Shown here: in pieces, positions 38,040-51,125 of the stretch
How positions within the stretch are numbered: the stretch's first letter is position 1
How the letters are laid out: each line of letters starts with the position of its first letter
Origin: Eledone cirrhosa
Taxonomy: Eukaryota
Assembly: GCA_964016885.1 (NCBI GenBank)
Contig: OZ024744.1
Coordinates: 55,180,001-55,244,000, forward strand
DNA length: 64,000 bases
Direction: 5' to 3'
Translations under genes and position numbers: made by a program
Notes under the pieces: generated by a model
What the model was told of the DNA's origin: nothing
Seen by the model: only the letters and a program-made list of their open reading frames with translations
Database searches by the model: none

Positions 38040-38705
38040 TTTGCAGTGTGTTTGTCGTTATGCAATAATACAAAAGATCCACCATCCAATGTGCACGGGT
38101 TGAAACATACATCTCGTATGCACCACTTTCCCTTATCCACCCCTTCTATACACCTCCCATGCCTTTACATTCCACCCACACTAGCCCCCAGTTGACACTG
38201 TAACAGGTTTGTTTTGTTGTCACGACAAAAACATCCAGCTCACACTGTAAAATTATCGTTTCAGTGCCACAACAAAAAGTACCCAGTCAATATAGTAAAT
38301 GTGGTTGGGCATCCAGGTGTAGAAATGAAGTCAGAAACAGTTCTGTATGAACAAGAAATGGTCACCTGACCTTACTTGTCTCAAAAGGTAGCAGAAGCTG
38401 TCTACTGCTTCTATGGAATCCCCTAAGAATTTGATAGTGTTTGCTTACTGCTTCTGTGCAATGGCCACATGTAAAACCTACATTCTTAGCTAACTTACCT
38501 GAGATCCCACTACATCTCTGGTGTACCCATAGTTTGCATTTGAAACAGAGAATGTAATTTCTACCTATGCCTTTCCTGCACACTAAGCAAAGTAATTTTC
38601 CCGAGGGGATAAAGGCCCTGTTTTCCCTTGAACTTATAGGACCTTAATCTTCATTAGATTGACTTTAAGATCCTTTGAATTTAGGCCATGCTTCCAGTTT
38701 TGGAA
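38040..38705. mobile_element. RTE tail (+, ~38040-38380) joined to an RTE PHD fragment (-, ~38385-38705)
   Basis: ORF 38362-38583 (-): CRKGIGRNYILCFKCKLWVHQRC...CGHC. Confidence 0.8.
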
Positions 38706-39388
38706 TTACACACACACACATCAATATAATATATTATTTATCTATGTTCATCCTCGAAATATAAATAATGTCAGCTCTCATACCTGATTAAGCACGGGTA
38801 TCCTTTTTCACATCCACCGACATTTTACTACATATATATATATTTTTAAATTGATTCATACTTCAAAACAATACTTCATGTAACAGAACTGCCATATTAT
38901 TTCCGAATGCAACAAACTAGCTAAAAACACTGTTTTGTTCCTCCCAACATACTTGGTTGAATATGCCTTTAATGCAGTGATGGTTATAGGGCTCTTCACA
39001 AGGAATTTTGCAAGGTGGAACAAGACTACTTTCAGGGACCTGATGTGGGTTCTTCTAAAAATTAAAATGGCAGTTGAGAGTTTATTATAAATACTTTTAT
39101 TGAAGAGTGTCTTAGATATCTATGACAGGACCCCCATCTCTCTGGAGGTGATTGGAACCTTCTCATATCTATTTATAGTAAAAAAGATTAGCTAAGTTGT
39201 ATAAGAGCTGTTACTAAAAAGCAGTAGTAGTAGATGTGAATAAAATCAATGCTTCCACACTAAGTGCATGAGAAAATGTGACCCAACACAATGTGTGTCA
39301 AATGAGGAGCTGTATTGAACAACTAATTGTAAAAGTGTGGCCCAGGAGATAAAATGTAGGTAGAAAGACAAGTTAACAAGAGGTAACA

Positions 39389-39601
39389 TTAACCCTTTAG
39401 CATTTACATTACTCTATATATACTATTATATATTCATGGTAAAGACTTTACCCCACATAATATTGAATCTGAGATTTTGATATTATTCATTTTGAGAACA
39501 ATATCTTAACATCAGTATGAGTGGCCAGTTACAGTTGGTTTGAACAGAAAGAGGTGAGAGAATTCTGGACAGATATGGCTGTTTAAATGCTAAACGGTTA
39601 A
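39389..39601 (+). mobile_element. piggyBac-like MITE (TTAA TSD, CCCTTTAGCATTTA TIR), copy 1
   Basis: ttaaccctttagcattta ... taaatgctaaacggttaa. Confidence 0.85.
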
Positions 39602-39684
39602 GATGGACACCACAAGGAATGTAAAAGTCAAGGCAACTGAAGAACAGTTGAAGGTGTGTTGAGAGATTTTTCATCTTACCTGGG

Positions 39685-39861
39685 TTAACCCTTTAGCATT
39701 TAAACCGGCAATATCTGAACAGAATTCTCTCACCTCTTCCTGTTCAAACTGGTCGTAACTGGCTGCTCACACAGATGTTAAAGTATTGTTCTCAAAATCT
39801 CAGATTTAATATTATATGAGACAATAGTAAATATAGAGTAATGTAAATGCTAAAGGGTTAA
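39685..39861 (-). mobile_element. piggyBac-like MITE copy 2, inverted relative to copy 1
   Basis: Same TIRs with TTAA at both ends. Internal sequence is the reverse complement of copy 1. Confidence 0.85.
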
Positions 39862-40749
39862 GATACATAGAGTTTCTAATGACTGATATCAATAGTGTTG
39901 GATTGTCTAAGTCTTATTTCCTAAGCAGGAAGTGAGGAAGATTAATAAATAAGTGGCAGAATAGGAATCATCATATTTTTTTTTTCCATGATAGTATGGG
40001 TTGGACAATACTTTTTTGAGGTAATATTCTTCAGCCAGATGCCAACCATGCCTATTATTATTTTTATGTATGGTGTTGATTTTTGCAGAAAACAAAAACA
40101 AAAGACAGGGATGGGGAGGGTTGGGCCATCTTCCTTCTTCCTGGCAAAATATTTTTTACAATGAATTTTACCTCCTTCAGGGCCCAAGTAAGGGACCTCA
40201 AAACTTAACTAGCAGAGGGCCATATTTATTCTAAATCTGGCACTGCATATGTGTGTATATGAAATCAGTAAAAATATAAATGAAACAAAACAAAATAAAA
40301 GGCAAATACAATATAGAATTACATATATATTCCTGTTTATTGGCATAATAAATAATCAGAAACTTATGGGGAAAGTTAAAAACATTTTTTCTTCTTAAAA
40401 AACCAAAAACCATACAAACATACATACAAAAAAAAAAATGATGTAAATTTGTTGATGTTTGTTGAATAGGATTAAAATATAGAATTCCATTTTGTAAAAT
40501 ATCTATTTTAAAAATTAAGAATTTTTTTTATGCTGTTATGTCACATTCAAAGCCAATTTCATGAAACTATCTGCTGATGTTTACAAGTGTGTGTGTGTGT
40601 GAAATAAAAATACAAGAAAGTTACAAAGAGTGAGAAAAAGAGAGAAAGAGAAAAAAAAAGGCATTTAGAAATAAAATTACAAATGAAAATATTTTTTCCC
40701 AAATCAAGAAGTTCAAATTCAACTGAGCAACTGATTAACTGTGAAAAAG

Positions 40750-40929
40750 AGACATACATACATAAATATACACACACATACGTTATATACACACACATAC
40801 ATTATATATTTACACACGCATCATTATATATTTTACATATATACACACACAATATATGTGTATATATACATATTACACACACATATTTTACATATATATA
40901 CACACACAATATGTGTATATATACATATT

Positions 40930-40960
<31 letters not shown>

Positions 40961-40992
40961 CACACACACACACATACATTGTATATATATAC
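40750..40992. repeat. Compound (TA/CA)n low-complexity repeat
   Basis: Read directly. Similar (TA)n tracts at ~14112-14190, 41905-41960, 42580-42630, 45410-45500, 47265-47310. Confidence 0.9.
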
Positions 40993-41918
40993 TTTAAAAG
41001 AAAAGAAAAAAATGATATATGAATTGTGTACAAAAATGATTTTAATCAATATCTACTAAATTTTTTTTTGTTTAAACTTACAGAGTATAATTTATAAATG
41101 TATTATCGATTAATATTTATATATAAAAATACATATATATTAGTTATTTACTATAAGAATTATAAAGAATCTCTTAACAACACCAACACTCATACAGAAA
41201 AGTCACTTGATCACTCTTATATACTGTATTTTTAGCAATACAAATATCCTAATAATTTTAAATGGCACATGAGAGGATTTTATAATTTCTTTTTTATTGA
41301 TTAGTGAAAATATTTAAAACAAATGAAAATAATTATATTCATTCAAGGCTTAAATACCAACTACATTTACACATCTAAAATGTCTCGAGCCTGAAGGCTC
41401 ATCATGCCAGCACTTATCCGGTGTTTCTGTGGCATTAAATAACAGAGTACAAGACTTGCCCCTGGACAGGACACCAGCTATTGCTGGTACTCATGTTCAG
41501 CTGAGTATACTGGAACAATGTGAAATGAAACGTTTTGCTCAAGAACACAACACGTAATCCAGTCCAGGAATTATGATCGTACATCCAACACTCTTACCTC
41601 AAGTCCATGGACCTCTGCCACATTTACACATAACATATATATTTAAATGCACATACAAATATACACACACACACAAAATGGTTTATGACTAGCTTATTGT
41701 TAAGAAATGTGAGTAGAACAGTTAAGAAAACTATGGCATTAATGTAAAAGGCAGCATTTCAAACATTTAATGTAACTAGATGTACAGATATAAATTGTCT
41801 ATGTATTACTTTGGGAATAAAGTTTGATATCATTTTCTTTTTTTTTTTTACTCACATTTTTTAGCAGTAAACTAGTAAGTTATGGCCCATTTTGTGTATA
41901 TGTGTGCACACACACACA

Positions 41919-41962
<44 letters not shown>

Positions 41963-42580
41963 TGGTAACACAAATATAGCATTGGTTATAGTATGGGTGT
42001 ATATGAAAACATACAATATGTTTATGAACAAAAAAAAAAAAAAAAAAAAAAAAAATAGGAGCCTCACTATGAAAGAAAAAAAGCCTTCCTTATGAAAAAA
42101 AAGTTTTTTTTTTTTTGCTGTGAACATGTCACAGCCATCTCAGTACCAGTGAAAATGACAGACAGCTGTTTTAAGATTCATTAGTAGCATTCACTCACCC
42201 AGTACTGAGATAAAAATAGGCATAAGCCTATGTAGACTTTGCGTGTTAAACATTTGCTGGAGATGTTTATTTGCATATAGCAAGTAACATGTCTGTGAAC
42301 ATGTCACAGATATCTCATTTCTTTCTTAGCGAGACGTGTTTATTGTACATAAACAAGTTTTCAAATACAGCCCTACTATACATATACAAATATATAATTT
42401 GAAAACATTGAAATTTGAACACAAAATCCTAAATATTATTTTGTCCTTAAGACTATTTTACCCAATTTTCTAACACTATTTTCATAGTAGCGATTCTGTC
42501 TTTGGATTTCAATATTTTAAAATTTCAAATCATACGAACTTGATAAATCGTATAATTCATATACTACATATGTATGTACA

Positions 42581-42632
<52 letters not shown>

Positions 42633-44289
42633 TCATTTTATGTCCTCTTTTTCATGCCAGTATGGGTTGGATAGGTTGTTATAGAACATGTCAGTACTAA
42701 ACTCTAAAATTGTAGTTGTACACATATGCTGGAAGAACCAATAAATTCTGGTTTAGCATACACACAACAAAAAGCAGCCAGTCCACACAGTAAATGTGAT
42801 TGGTGTTAGAAAGGGCATTTGCAGAAACCAAACTAAAAACAGTTCTGTATGAGCAAAACTTGCTTACCTCTGACTTGTCCCACAACAGGATAACTCGTGA
42901 AACCCATGCTAGCATGGAAAATGGACATGTGATGGTGATACACACACACACAAATACATATATATACACATTGTATGTATGTATATATATATATATATAC
43001 ACACACATATACCACCATTTCTTCAAAATGGCTGGCTGAATGCACATGCTTTTCTAAAGAGTTATCTCACTATTTTTCTATTTCATCTTTTATTTATCAT
43101 TCTATCTTTTCCTACTATATCAAGTGTTAAACTAATATATTTCTTTATTGTATTGCGTTTGCTTTGTTTCTGTTTACTTTTTGCATACATATATACACAC
43201 ACAAACATACCAATGGTACTTATTTGGTCAAACTCAGAAGATTCAAACTGAGTCTGAAGGAATGAAACTAAATAACTAAATACTTCAAGATATTATATTA
43301 TGATACTTTACCATTACCATTCTTTAAATAACAACAACGATCTTATATTGGCACAATGCCACAAATTTGTAGGGTAGTAGTAATACTACTAAAATAATAC
43401 ATTTTAAACAAAAAATGCTAATTACTACCAATGAATATTTTATTATTTGACATTACAAAAGAAAAAATCCCCCAAAACCTCCAAATGGATCCATGGATAA
43501 ATAGTATCCAAACACATAAATTATTTAATAATAATAATCATCACTGGCCTGCTTTTATAGATAGATTTTCTATTATCTTTATACTCAGGGATAGAAATCC
43601 AAACTAAGTCAATTATAAAATCACCAAAGTAGAAGACAACAGTAAAAAAAGAAAAGAAAAAAAAAGAAAAAAAAGGGTGTTAACAAAAATGGAAAACTCA
43701 TTTAGAAAGTTATAGTATACAGAATACTCATGGCTGCACGTAAGTCAAGTGGACCAATTGCTTTGGATTAGTCAACCGAAAACACTAAAGTAATTTACTC
43801 CCAGTTAATTAAATACATACAACACATGACAATATATATGTAACATCCAATTGGGTCTCTGTACCTCTTAAGGTCAGCCCTGAGAATACTAATCAGATAT
43901 TAACTATATCTAACCAAGCTGCATAACCAAAGTAAACAAAAAAAGAAATGAACAAAAAGATTTGCTGCTAACACCTACTGGTTTAGCTGGTCTTCTATGA
44001 GGTTGTTATCTTATATGTTTCTTGAGTGTTTTAATGATAGAGGCTCTCAGTTCTATCATAAAAGTTACAGAAAATGAAATGTCTTGCTCAAGAATACAAT
44101 ACACTGTACGGTCCAAGGACCCACAACATAATGACCACAAGTCCCACACTAACCACTAGGCCACATAACTTCATACAACCAAATTAGGAATATATTGGAA
44201 GGCATGCAGTGATAATTAAAATATATATCACATGTATCAAGGCTTGTCATCACACAAAAATGTAAATATGATTGCAAAGTGTAACTGTG

Positions 44290-44670
44290 GTGTCTTCAGC
44301 TTTACATGTAGTTGTGGTATACCTAATACAATATCCAGCTGTGATATATTTAGTCTTATATCCAGCTGTGATATACCTTGTGTTATATCCAATGGTTGTT
44401 TATCTAGTACTCTATCCAGTGGTGACATATTTAACAAAATATCCATTTGTGGTTTATCTTGTCTTATATCCAGTTGTGATATATCTAGCCTCATATCCAG
44501 GTTGTGGTCTATCTAGCATTAAACTCAGTTATCATATGTCTAGCTATATGCCCAGTAGTGGTATATCTAGCATTATATATCTAGTGGTGGTATATCTAGC
44601 TATATACTCAGCTGTGGTTTGTCCTGTCCTATATTTACTTGTGATATATATATCCAGCATTTTATCCAGA
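44290..44670. repeat. Degenerate 27-bp minisatellite
   Basis: atatccag(c/t)tgtgatata... recurs at ~27-bp spacing, giving 9-aa periodic ORFs. Confidence 0.85.
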
Positions 44671-45550
44671 CTTTATATTCAACCAATGCTAAAGGCAGAA
44701 CAAAATTTTTAAAAATGTTTGTTAAACTGGTATTAATGATTTAAAAAAAAAAAAAAAAAAAAAAAATTAGGAATATTATTATTAATATCAGTAGTATTTT
44801 TAAGAAAAGAAAATTAATCAAGATAAAACAAACAAAAACACATTTTTTTTGGAAAATGATAAACTTTCATTAATTGATTTACATACATGCACATGGGTGT
44901 ACATACAAGATAAAAAAATCTATTCAGTATTTAAATATCATAATTTTATTTTCATAAGATGAAATTAGGAAATTTAAGATATTTGGCATATTAAAAAAAA
45001 AAACAAAAACCCCTAAATAAATAATAAACAACACTCCACAAGGCATCCTGAAGAACATAACTTCACATACTGACAGATTAAAAAAAAAAAAAAATACCCC
45101 CCTTTCCTGAAAAAAAGTTTGTCAGCAGTGTTTTCTGAAGGACATAAAGGGTGGTGGTGATAATAGTGGAGGGAAAAGGAGAACCAAAGAAGGATAGAGA
45201 AAGTGAGAAATAGGAGGAGAAGGAAGGAAGGAAATGTTAAAAAAAAACAACAACAAAAAATGAAAAAAAAAAAAAAAAAAAAAAAAATTAAATTAACCAT
45301 TTTAATCTAACCGAAAATTGTAAGAAGAATCACAACAACACACCACTATGCAAAAGCCATTTCAGACACTCTGGTCACTATCCATGCTCTAGGAAATATA
45401 TTCTACACGCACACACATATACATATGTGCACGCGCGTGTGTGTGTGTGCGTGTGTGTATGTATATATATATATATTATTTATATATATATATATATATT
45501 TGTAAAAACTTTCTGGGTTTGTGTTGAATTGTTCTTAAAGTATATCTCTC

Positions 45551-45759
45551 TCAGTCATCTTTCTTTTCCTTCTCTGATTTAATAATAGCACTATTTTCTG
45601 CTCCTTCTTCACCAGTATTGGTGGAATCCGCTTCGGCCTCAGTTAAAGCCACAGTACCATTAGGCTCGAGCATTTCTTGGCTGGTTCCAAATTCATTCAA
45701 ACGCTGAGGATCAACTCGATAAATGTAACGCTGGTAGAGGTAAATGAAAAATACTATAT
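45551..45759 (-). CDS. CLPTM1: CLPTM1 terminal coding exon: DIVFFIYLYQRYIYRVDPQRLNEFGTSQEM...EKEKKDD*
   Basis: TTTCAG acceptor (AG at 45760-45761), phase 1, TGA at 45551-45553. Contains the VFFIYLYQR.IYRVDP.R.NEFG motif. Confidence 0.97.
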
Positions 45760-46209
45760 CTGAAATTAGAGGTGGGAAAAAAAAATTATTTAAAATGTGA
45801 AGTGTTAAATTTAGCAATTTTATTGAGGAAATGTAGGGTTCTAATTGGATTGGGATCACCAGTTTTATAACTCCTGCCTTCTCTTTAATGTGTAACCACA
45901 GAGAGAAGGACAGTATTCATGACATTTTTCAGTGACTCCAAGGTAGGTATCCTGAAACTGAGTAATGGTTTAAGTCTATCACTAATGTAAGTCACGTCGG
46001 ATTTGAATTAAGAATAATAATGACGCATAACAAAAAAATAGAGGCAAGTACCTTTATCTAACACTATGAATTTTGCCATGCACTGACCTAGATTGGTTCC
46101 TTATTTTATCAACCCCCAAATGGAGTAAAGTAAAGCTTATCTTGATAGCTTTTGAATGAAGAATACAAAGAGCTGGAACAAATATGGTAAAGAATTTTGT
46201 CTTATGCTT

Positions 46210-46350
46210 GGAATCGCGCTCTTCTACTGTTACTACAGTGACCTTTGCTCCTCAGAACTGGCTGACCTTTTACCACCTCCATTCAGGTATTCTTGCCTCA
46301 CTTGTCTCTCCTCTCATCACTCATATTGTGTCCAGGTGCTACACTAAACT
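46210..46350 (+). mobile_element. Old LINE C-terminal fragment (LFYxYYxxxCSSELA family); related minus-strand copies at ~8020-8220 and ~32105-32345
   Basis: IALFYCYYSDLCSSELADLLPPP. Homologous reverse-complement text ccagcaagctc.gagga at the other two sites. Confidence 0.6.
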
Positions 46351-47261
46351 GTCTTGATTTTAAACCTATCAATTCAGATATTAGATACCTTTTCATTTAG
46401 ACAACTAACTATGGCCATCCAATTTGTATGGATGGTCAATTAGGAAGGCAGTGAATTGGTAGAGTCTTTAGAGTGTCAGATAGAATGTATTGTGGTATTT
46501 GTTTCAGATCCCCAAGTTCAAATCCTAGAAAGAATAACTTAGCCTTTCATTATTTCAGGGGTAAATAAAGTACTAGTGTCCCTTTCTCCAGAAACAGGTA
46601 GGATGAACAAGGATTTCTTATAAAAATCTAGTATAGTATAAGAAGAATCACCCATCTGTCTCAAGTCCAGAGGCTAACAAAGCTAGTTTCATTGGTGTTA
46701 GGCAATTGTCCATCACAAGTTAAAACTCCAGCTGTGGTATTACATGGAATGGTAATAAAGAAAAAAGACATGATTGGCTATGGTTTTTGAAATCATCACT
46801 GACTGACCATGGGTTTGCCGCTCCAAGGCACAAACTTGGGCAACATATTTTATGGGAAAAACCTGAGGTCGCACATATATTCCAGTCTCTCTTCCCCATG
46901 ACACTGATGTTGTCCAAGGGAACGGCAAAGGCTGATAATGTTCGGAAACTCATTTTCTATGGAGTTAATGTCAAATAGAGTGTCATGCTCAAGAACTCAA
47001 TGTGCTGCCTAGTTTGGTAATCAAGCTTATGATCTTACAATCATGAACCCATCACTTTAACCACAAAGCCACACACCTTCACAATAAAGGGGAGAGATTA
47101 TTATTACCCGAGGTAAGTGAAAGTTGTGTTTGACATATGGCTGCTTGTAGGAAGTTCTTATCTGTGCAAATATGTGACTGAGGTTTTTCTAGTTAGAACT
47201 AAGTAGTCACTACTTTTGGATAGCAGAAGGGAGGTAATATAAAATAGTATGTCAAACTTGG

Positions 47262-47300
<39 letters not shown>

Positions 47301-47479
47301 CACACACACATGTAGGGAAGACTTAGCAGAATTTTAAAAATAGATTCTTATATTCTTTTACTGGTTTCAGCCATTAAATTGTGGTCATGCTGGGGGACCA
47401 CTTTAAAGAATCAATCATTTCAACCACAGTACATATCAATCCATTTTGTTGAACCGAAGATATAAAGAAAATCTGGTAG

Positions 47480-50400
47480 ATATTGTGATACAGTTCAGAG
47501 TTCTGCTGGGTAAAAGTGACACTGATGCCCTCTTGTAAGGCAACTGAAGAAGTACCCAGCTAAAAGTAAGCCCCTCTACTTTGCATTTGTTGACCAGGAG
47601 AAAGTATTTAACAGAGCCCCTGTTTCATAATCTGGTGGGCTCTTAGGAAACAATTACACATCCAACATAGATTTTCCATGTGGTTGATGCACAGGAGCAA
47701 TAAGCAGCAAAAGCTCACAGGAAACATCATCATCACTGTTTAATGTCCATTTTCCATGTGTTAGATGAGTTGTCCCATTTTGAAACGAGTCACATTAGGT
47801 GACTGTCTCTTGCTCATACAAAATTGCTTCTGGCTTGGTTTCTATGGCTGGATGCCTTTCCTAATGTCAGCTATATTTATGGTGTGGACTGGGTGCTACA
47901 CATCACATGTCCATACCACAGCAATCTCCTCTCCTGCAAACTGCATCTGATCCCTCTTATGCCTAGTTTCTCTCAGTTCATGAATTACAAATCCATTGGA
48001 TCATGCAAGCTTCACTTCTTTCCAATCTTTGTAGGTCCTCTCCACACAACGCCCAGGCCTCACTACCATGCAACATTGCTCTGTTCATACAATCTACTCT
48101 TCATTTTGAGGAAAAAACCTTTGTAGCTAGCAGTGGTAGTAGCTCCCTGAACTTTTTCCATCACATTCTCACTATGTACTTTACTTTATGAACAACCAAC
48201 TCCACTTCCCCACTTGCATGCTAAACTCCTCATTATAATCATTATTAATTCTAATCTTGCTGACTGCTCCTCTGTGCATGGCTTGTACTGCCTTACAAGT
48301 CACTCAGTTTCACTACCACCAGTTTCTAATGAGCCCACAAGATAACAGAACAGGTGACTGTCAAGTGCTTTCTCCAGGTTAACAAAGGGCAAGTAGAGGG
48401 ACTTTCTTTTAGCTAGGTACTTCTGCAATTGCCTCACAAGGAAATGAGCGTCAATGATACTTTTACCTGGCACAAATTCGAGCTGCATCTCATCTAGGTT
48501 AATTTGATCCCTAATCAGTTGCATAATGATTCTTTCTGTAACTTTCATGACCTGGTCCATCGATTTGATACCCCAATAGTTCCCTCGTCTAGTGCATCTC
48601 CCTTGCCTTTATAGCAGTTGACAATGCTGCTACGCCAGTCATTAGGTATGACACCATTTTGTATAACTTGGTTTACAATACAGGTGTTTAAGGTGTGTCC
48701 TACCATTCCAGCAACTATTCCTGTTGGCCCTGCTGCTTTGTCTGTTTCATACCCTTAATTACCTTACTATGTTGCTGCTGCTGTCTTGTACAGCTAATTC
48801 CTCTGTTGCGTCTACTTAGAGCAGACTATCTTCCTCCCATGCTACCTTCTTTTCAGCATCAGTGAGGGCAAGTGCACCATTATCATCTCGGCCTCACTTC
48901 TCTCCAATAACATCACAATTTTCCCTGGTTAGAATGTCTCAGGAAAGAATCACTAGACAGATTTTACAGGCAAAACCAACAGGCAGGAGACGCAGGGATA
49001 CACTCTGAACAAGATGGTTGGATAAAATCCATGAGCTTGGCTGGTCTCGCTTGGGGATCCAGCTAGATCAGTTGGAGACAGTTGCTTCTGACATGACCCA
49101 CGGAAGGAGTGTTTGAGGACTGACCCCACAACCCTCTCAGGAATAAGCGGGCAAAGAAGAAGACACTGCCTTGCAATCCTAAACATCTCACATCACAAAA
49201 CATGCAGAAACTTATTTTCTGCTTCCCTCCTTTCAAAGTATACTTATCGTCTAGCCCCTCTCCTAGCTTCTTGGTAATGTTCTGTTCCCCCCATTCTGCC
49301 AGTCTTTCCCTGTCTGTCTCTTGGCATAGATTGTTTCATCCACCCTATTGATCCACCACCAAGTCTCTCATTTTCCCTGCCCCAGACCTTGTTTGTGGCC
49401 TTCAGCAGATTATCTTTCAAGAACTTCTACTGCTCCTTTATATTGTATATCACTATTTTTCTCCCTTCATGTCAAAATTGTCAAGCAAGATATTTCTAAA
49501 TTTGTTACTGACTGAGGGCTCTCATAACTTCCATATCCTTCTCCCCCAGGCTACTCTCTGTATAAGTTCATCTAGCTCTAATTATAAAATGTGTAATAAT
49601 AGTGTGCATGAATGGCGAAATGTCAATAAACTGAAAAAGAAACTGGGCATAATAGGGGTCAAATGTAATGTGCAGGAGAGGAGATTGTGGTGGTATGGAC
49701 ATGTGATGTCTATGAAGGATGAGGGCTGTGTCAAAAGGTGTGGGGCGCTTGAACTTGAAGGAAACTATGGAAAAGGAAAGTTGGAATAGAATGGGATGAA
49801 GTGATAGAAGCTGACCTTTCAAAGCAGATGATACAGGATTGAGAACTGTGGTGATATGCTGTACTGCAGAAGACCTACCTTCTCATGTGTACATGTATAA
49901 ATGAGTAGAGGACAGTAGTCTGCACCAATCTCGTTCCTCCCTTGCCTATACACTTTCCCACATCTTAATACCCATCCCAACTACTCTCCATCCAATACAC
50001 TCAAGAAAAATTGGGCACACTCCCCACCTATTCTTCTACAGTTCTGCCACTATAACAAAAAGCACTCAGTCCACCCTGTAAATGGTCATGCTGGTACATC
50101 ATCATTGTTTAACGTCCATCTTCGATGCTAGCATGGGTTGGACGATTTTGTTCTACTTGAGGCGAGATTGGTCGGGAGACCGTGTTTCGCTCGTACAGAA
50201 CTGTCCCTGGCAGGTTTTCTATGGCTGGATGCTCTTCCTAACACCAACCACATTTACAATGTGGACTGGGTGCTTTTTGTCATGTCACCTACATGACCAG
50301 TTTACAGTGGACGGAAATAGAATAGAGTAGGGTGTGTGGAGTGGGGTGTATATTGGGTTAAGAGGTGCCTACTGTCTGTAGGTTTAAGTTTGTATGCAAG

Positions 50401-51125
50401 GGAAGGTGGGTCTTCTGTATAACACCAAAGATCTTGATCCAGAGATCTTAGAGAGGTGTAAGTGAGCAAGGCCAGTTTTTATCACCTCGACCCAGGCTTT
50501 CTTTGGTCTACTCATCCCGTAGCTCCCATCAATTTTGATCGCTCTGCACTTTTTTATACAGCTGTCATCGTTCATACGCATCACTTGTCCATATCACCGC
50601 AATCTCCTCTCCTGCACATAACATTTGATGCATCTTATGCTTAGTCTCTCTTAATTTGTTTAGGCTTTGCCGTTCGCGTACATTACTATTACACATCCAT
50701 TGGAGCATGCAAGCTTCGTTTCTTTCTAATCTACACAAGTCTTCAGCACACAACGCACAGCTCTCACCACCATGTAATATTGCTGTTCGTATATAAACAT
50801 CATACAATCTGCCTTTCACAAAAAAAACCCTTGTGGCCAACAGCGGTATTAGTTCTCTTAACTTTTTTCCATCCTGTCAGCTGGTCATTTTGGAGACATG
50901 ACAAACATTACACCCAGTAAAGTGTACATTTTGGTGCCACTATAAAAAGCACCCAGTCTACACTGTAATGTAGTTGGTGTTAGGAAGGGCATCCAGTCAC
51001 AGAAACCAAACTAGAAAGTTCCGTATAAGCAAGACATGTGGTCATTTGACCTGACTTGTCTCAATGCGACAACCCGTCTAACACAAGCAAATGTGGAAAA
51101 TAGATGTTAACAGGGATGATATATA
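47480..51125. mobile_element. Nested RTE cluster in the last CLPTM1 intron (+ 47480-47725; - 47725-49570; + 49575-51120 with a - copy at ~50098-50874)
   Basis: ORFs 48300-48560 (-), 49469-49789 (+), 50565-50840 (-) and 50384-50584 (-) all resemble the RTE copies. Tails occur in both orientations. Confidence 0.85.
48935..49165 (+). mobile_element. 3' end of a different RTE-like LINE, ending in a GAAGAAGA tail
   Basis: Encodes PTGRR..G...RWLDKIHELGWSRLGI... and has a close copy at 53802-54012. Confidence 0.75.

Noticed and set aside
40683-41059. Overlapping His/Thr/Tyr/Ile-rich ORFs
   Set aside because: They come from TA/CA low-complexity sequence.
43228-43275. Hairpin actcag/ctgagt followed by ctgaagg..gaaac, as a possible hammerhead
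   Set aside because: There is no stem II and no closing stem, so the core topology cannot be built.
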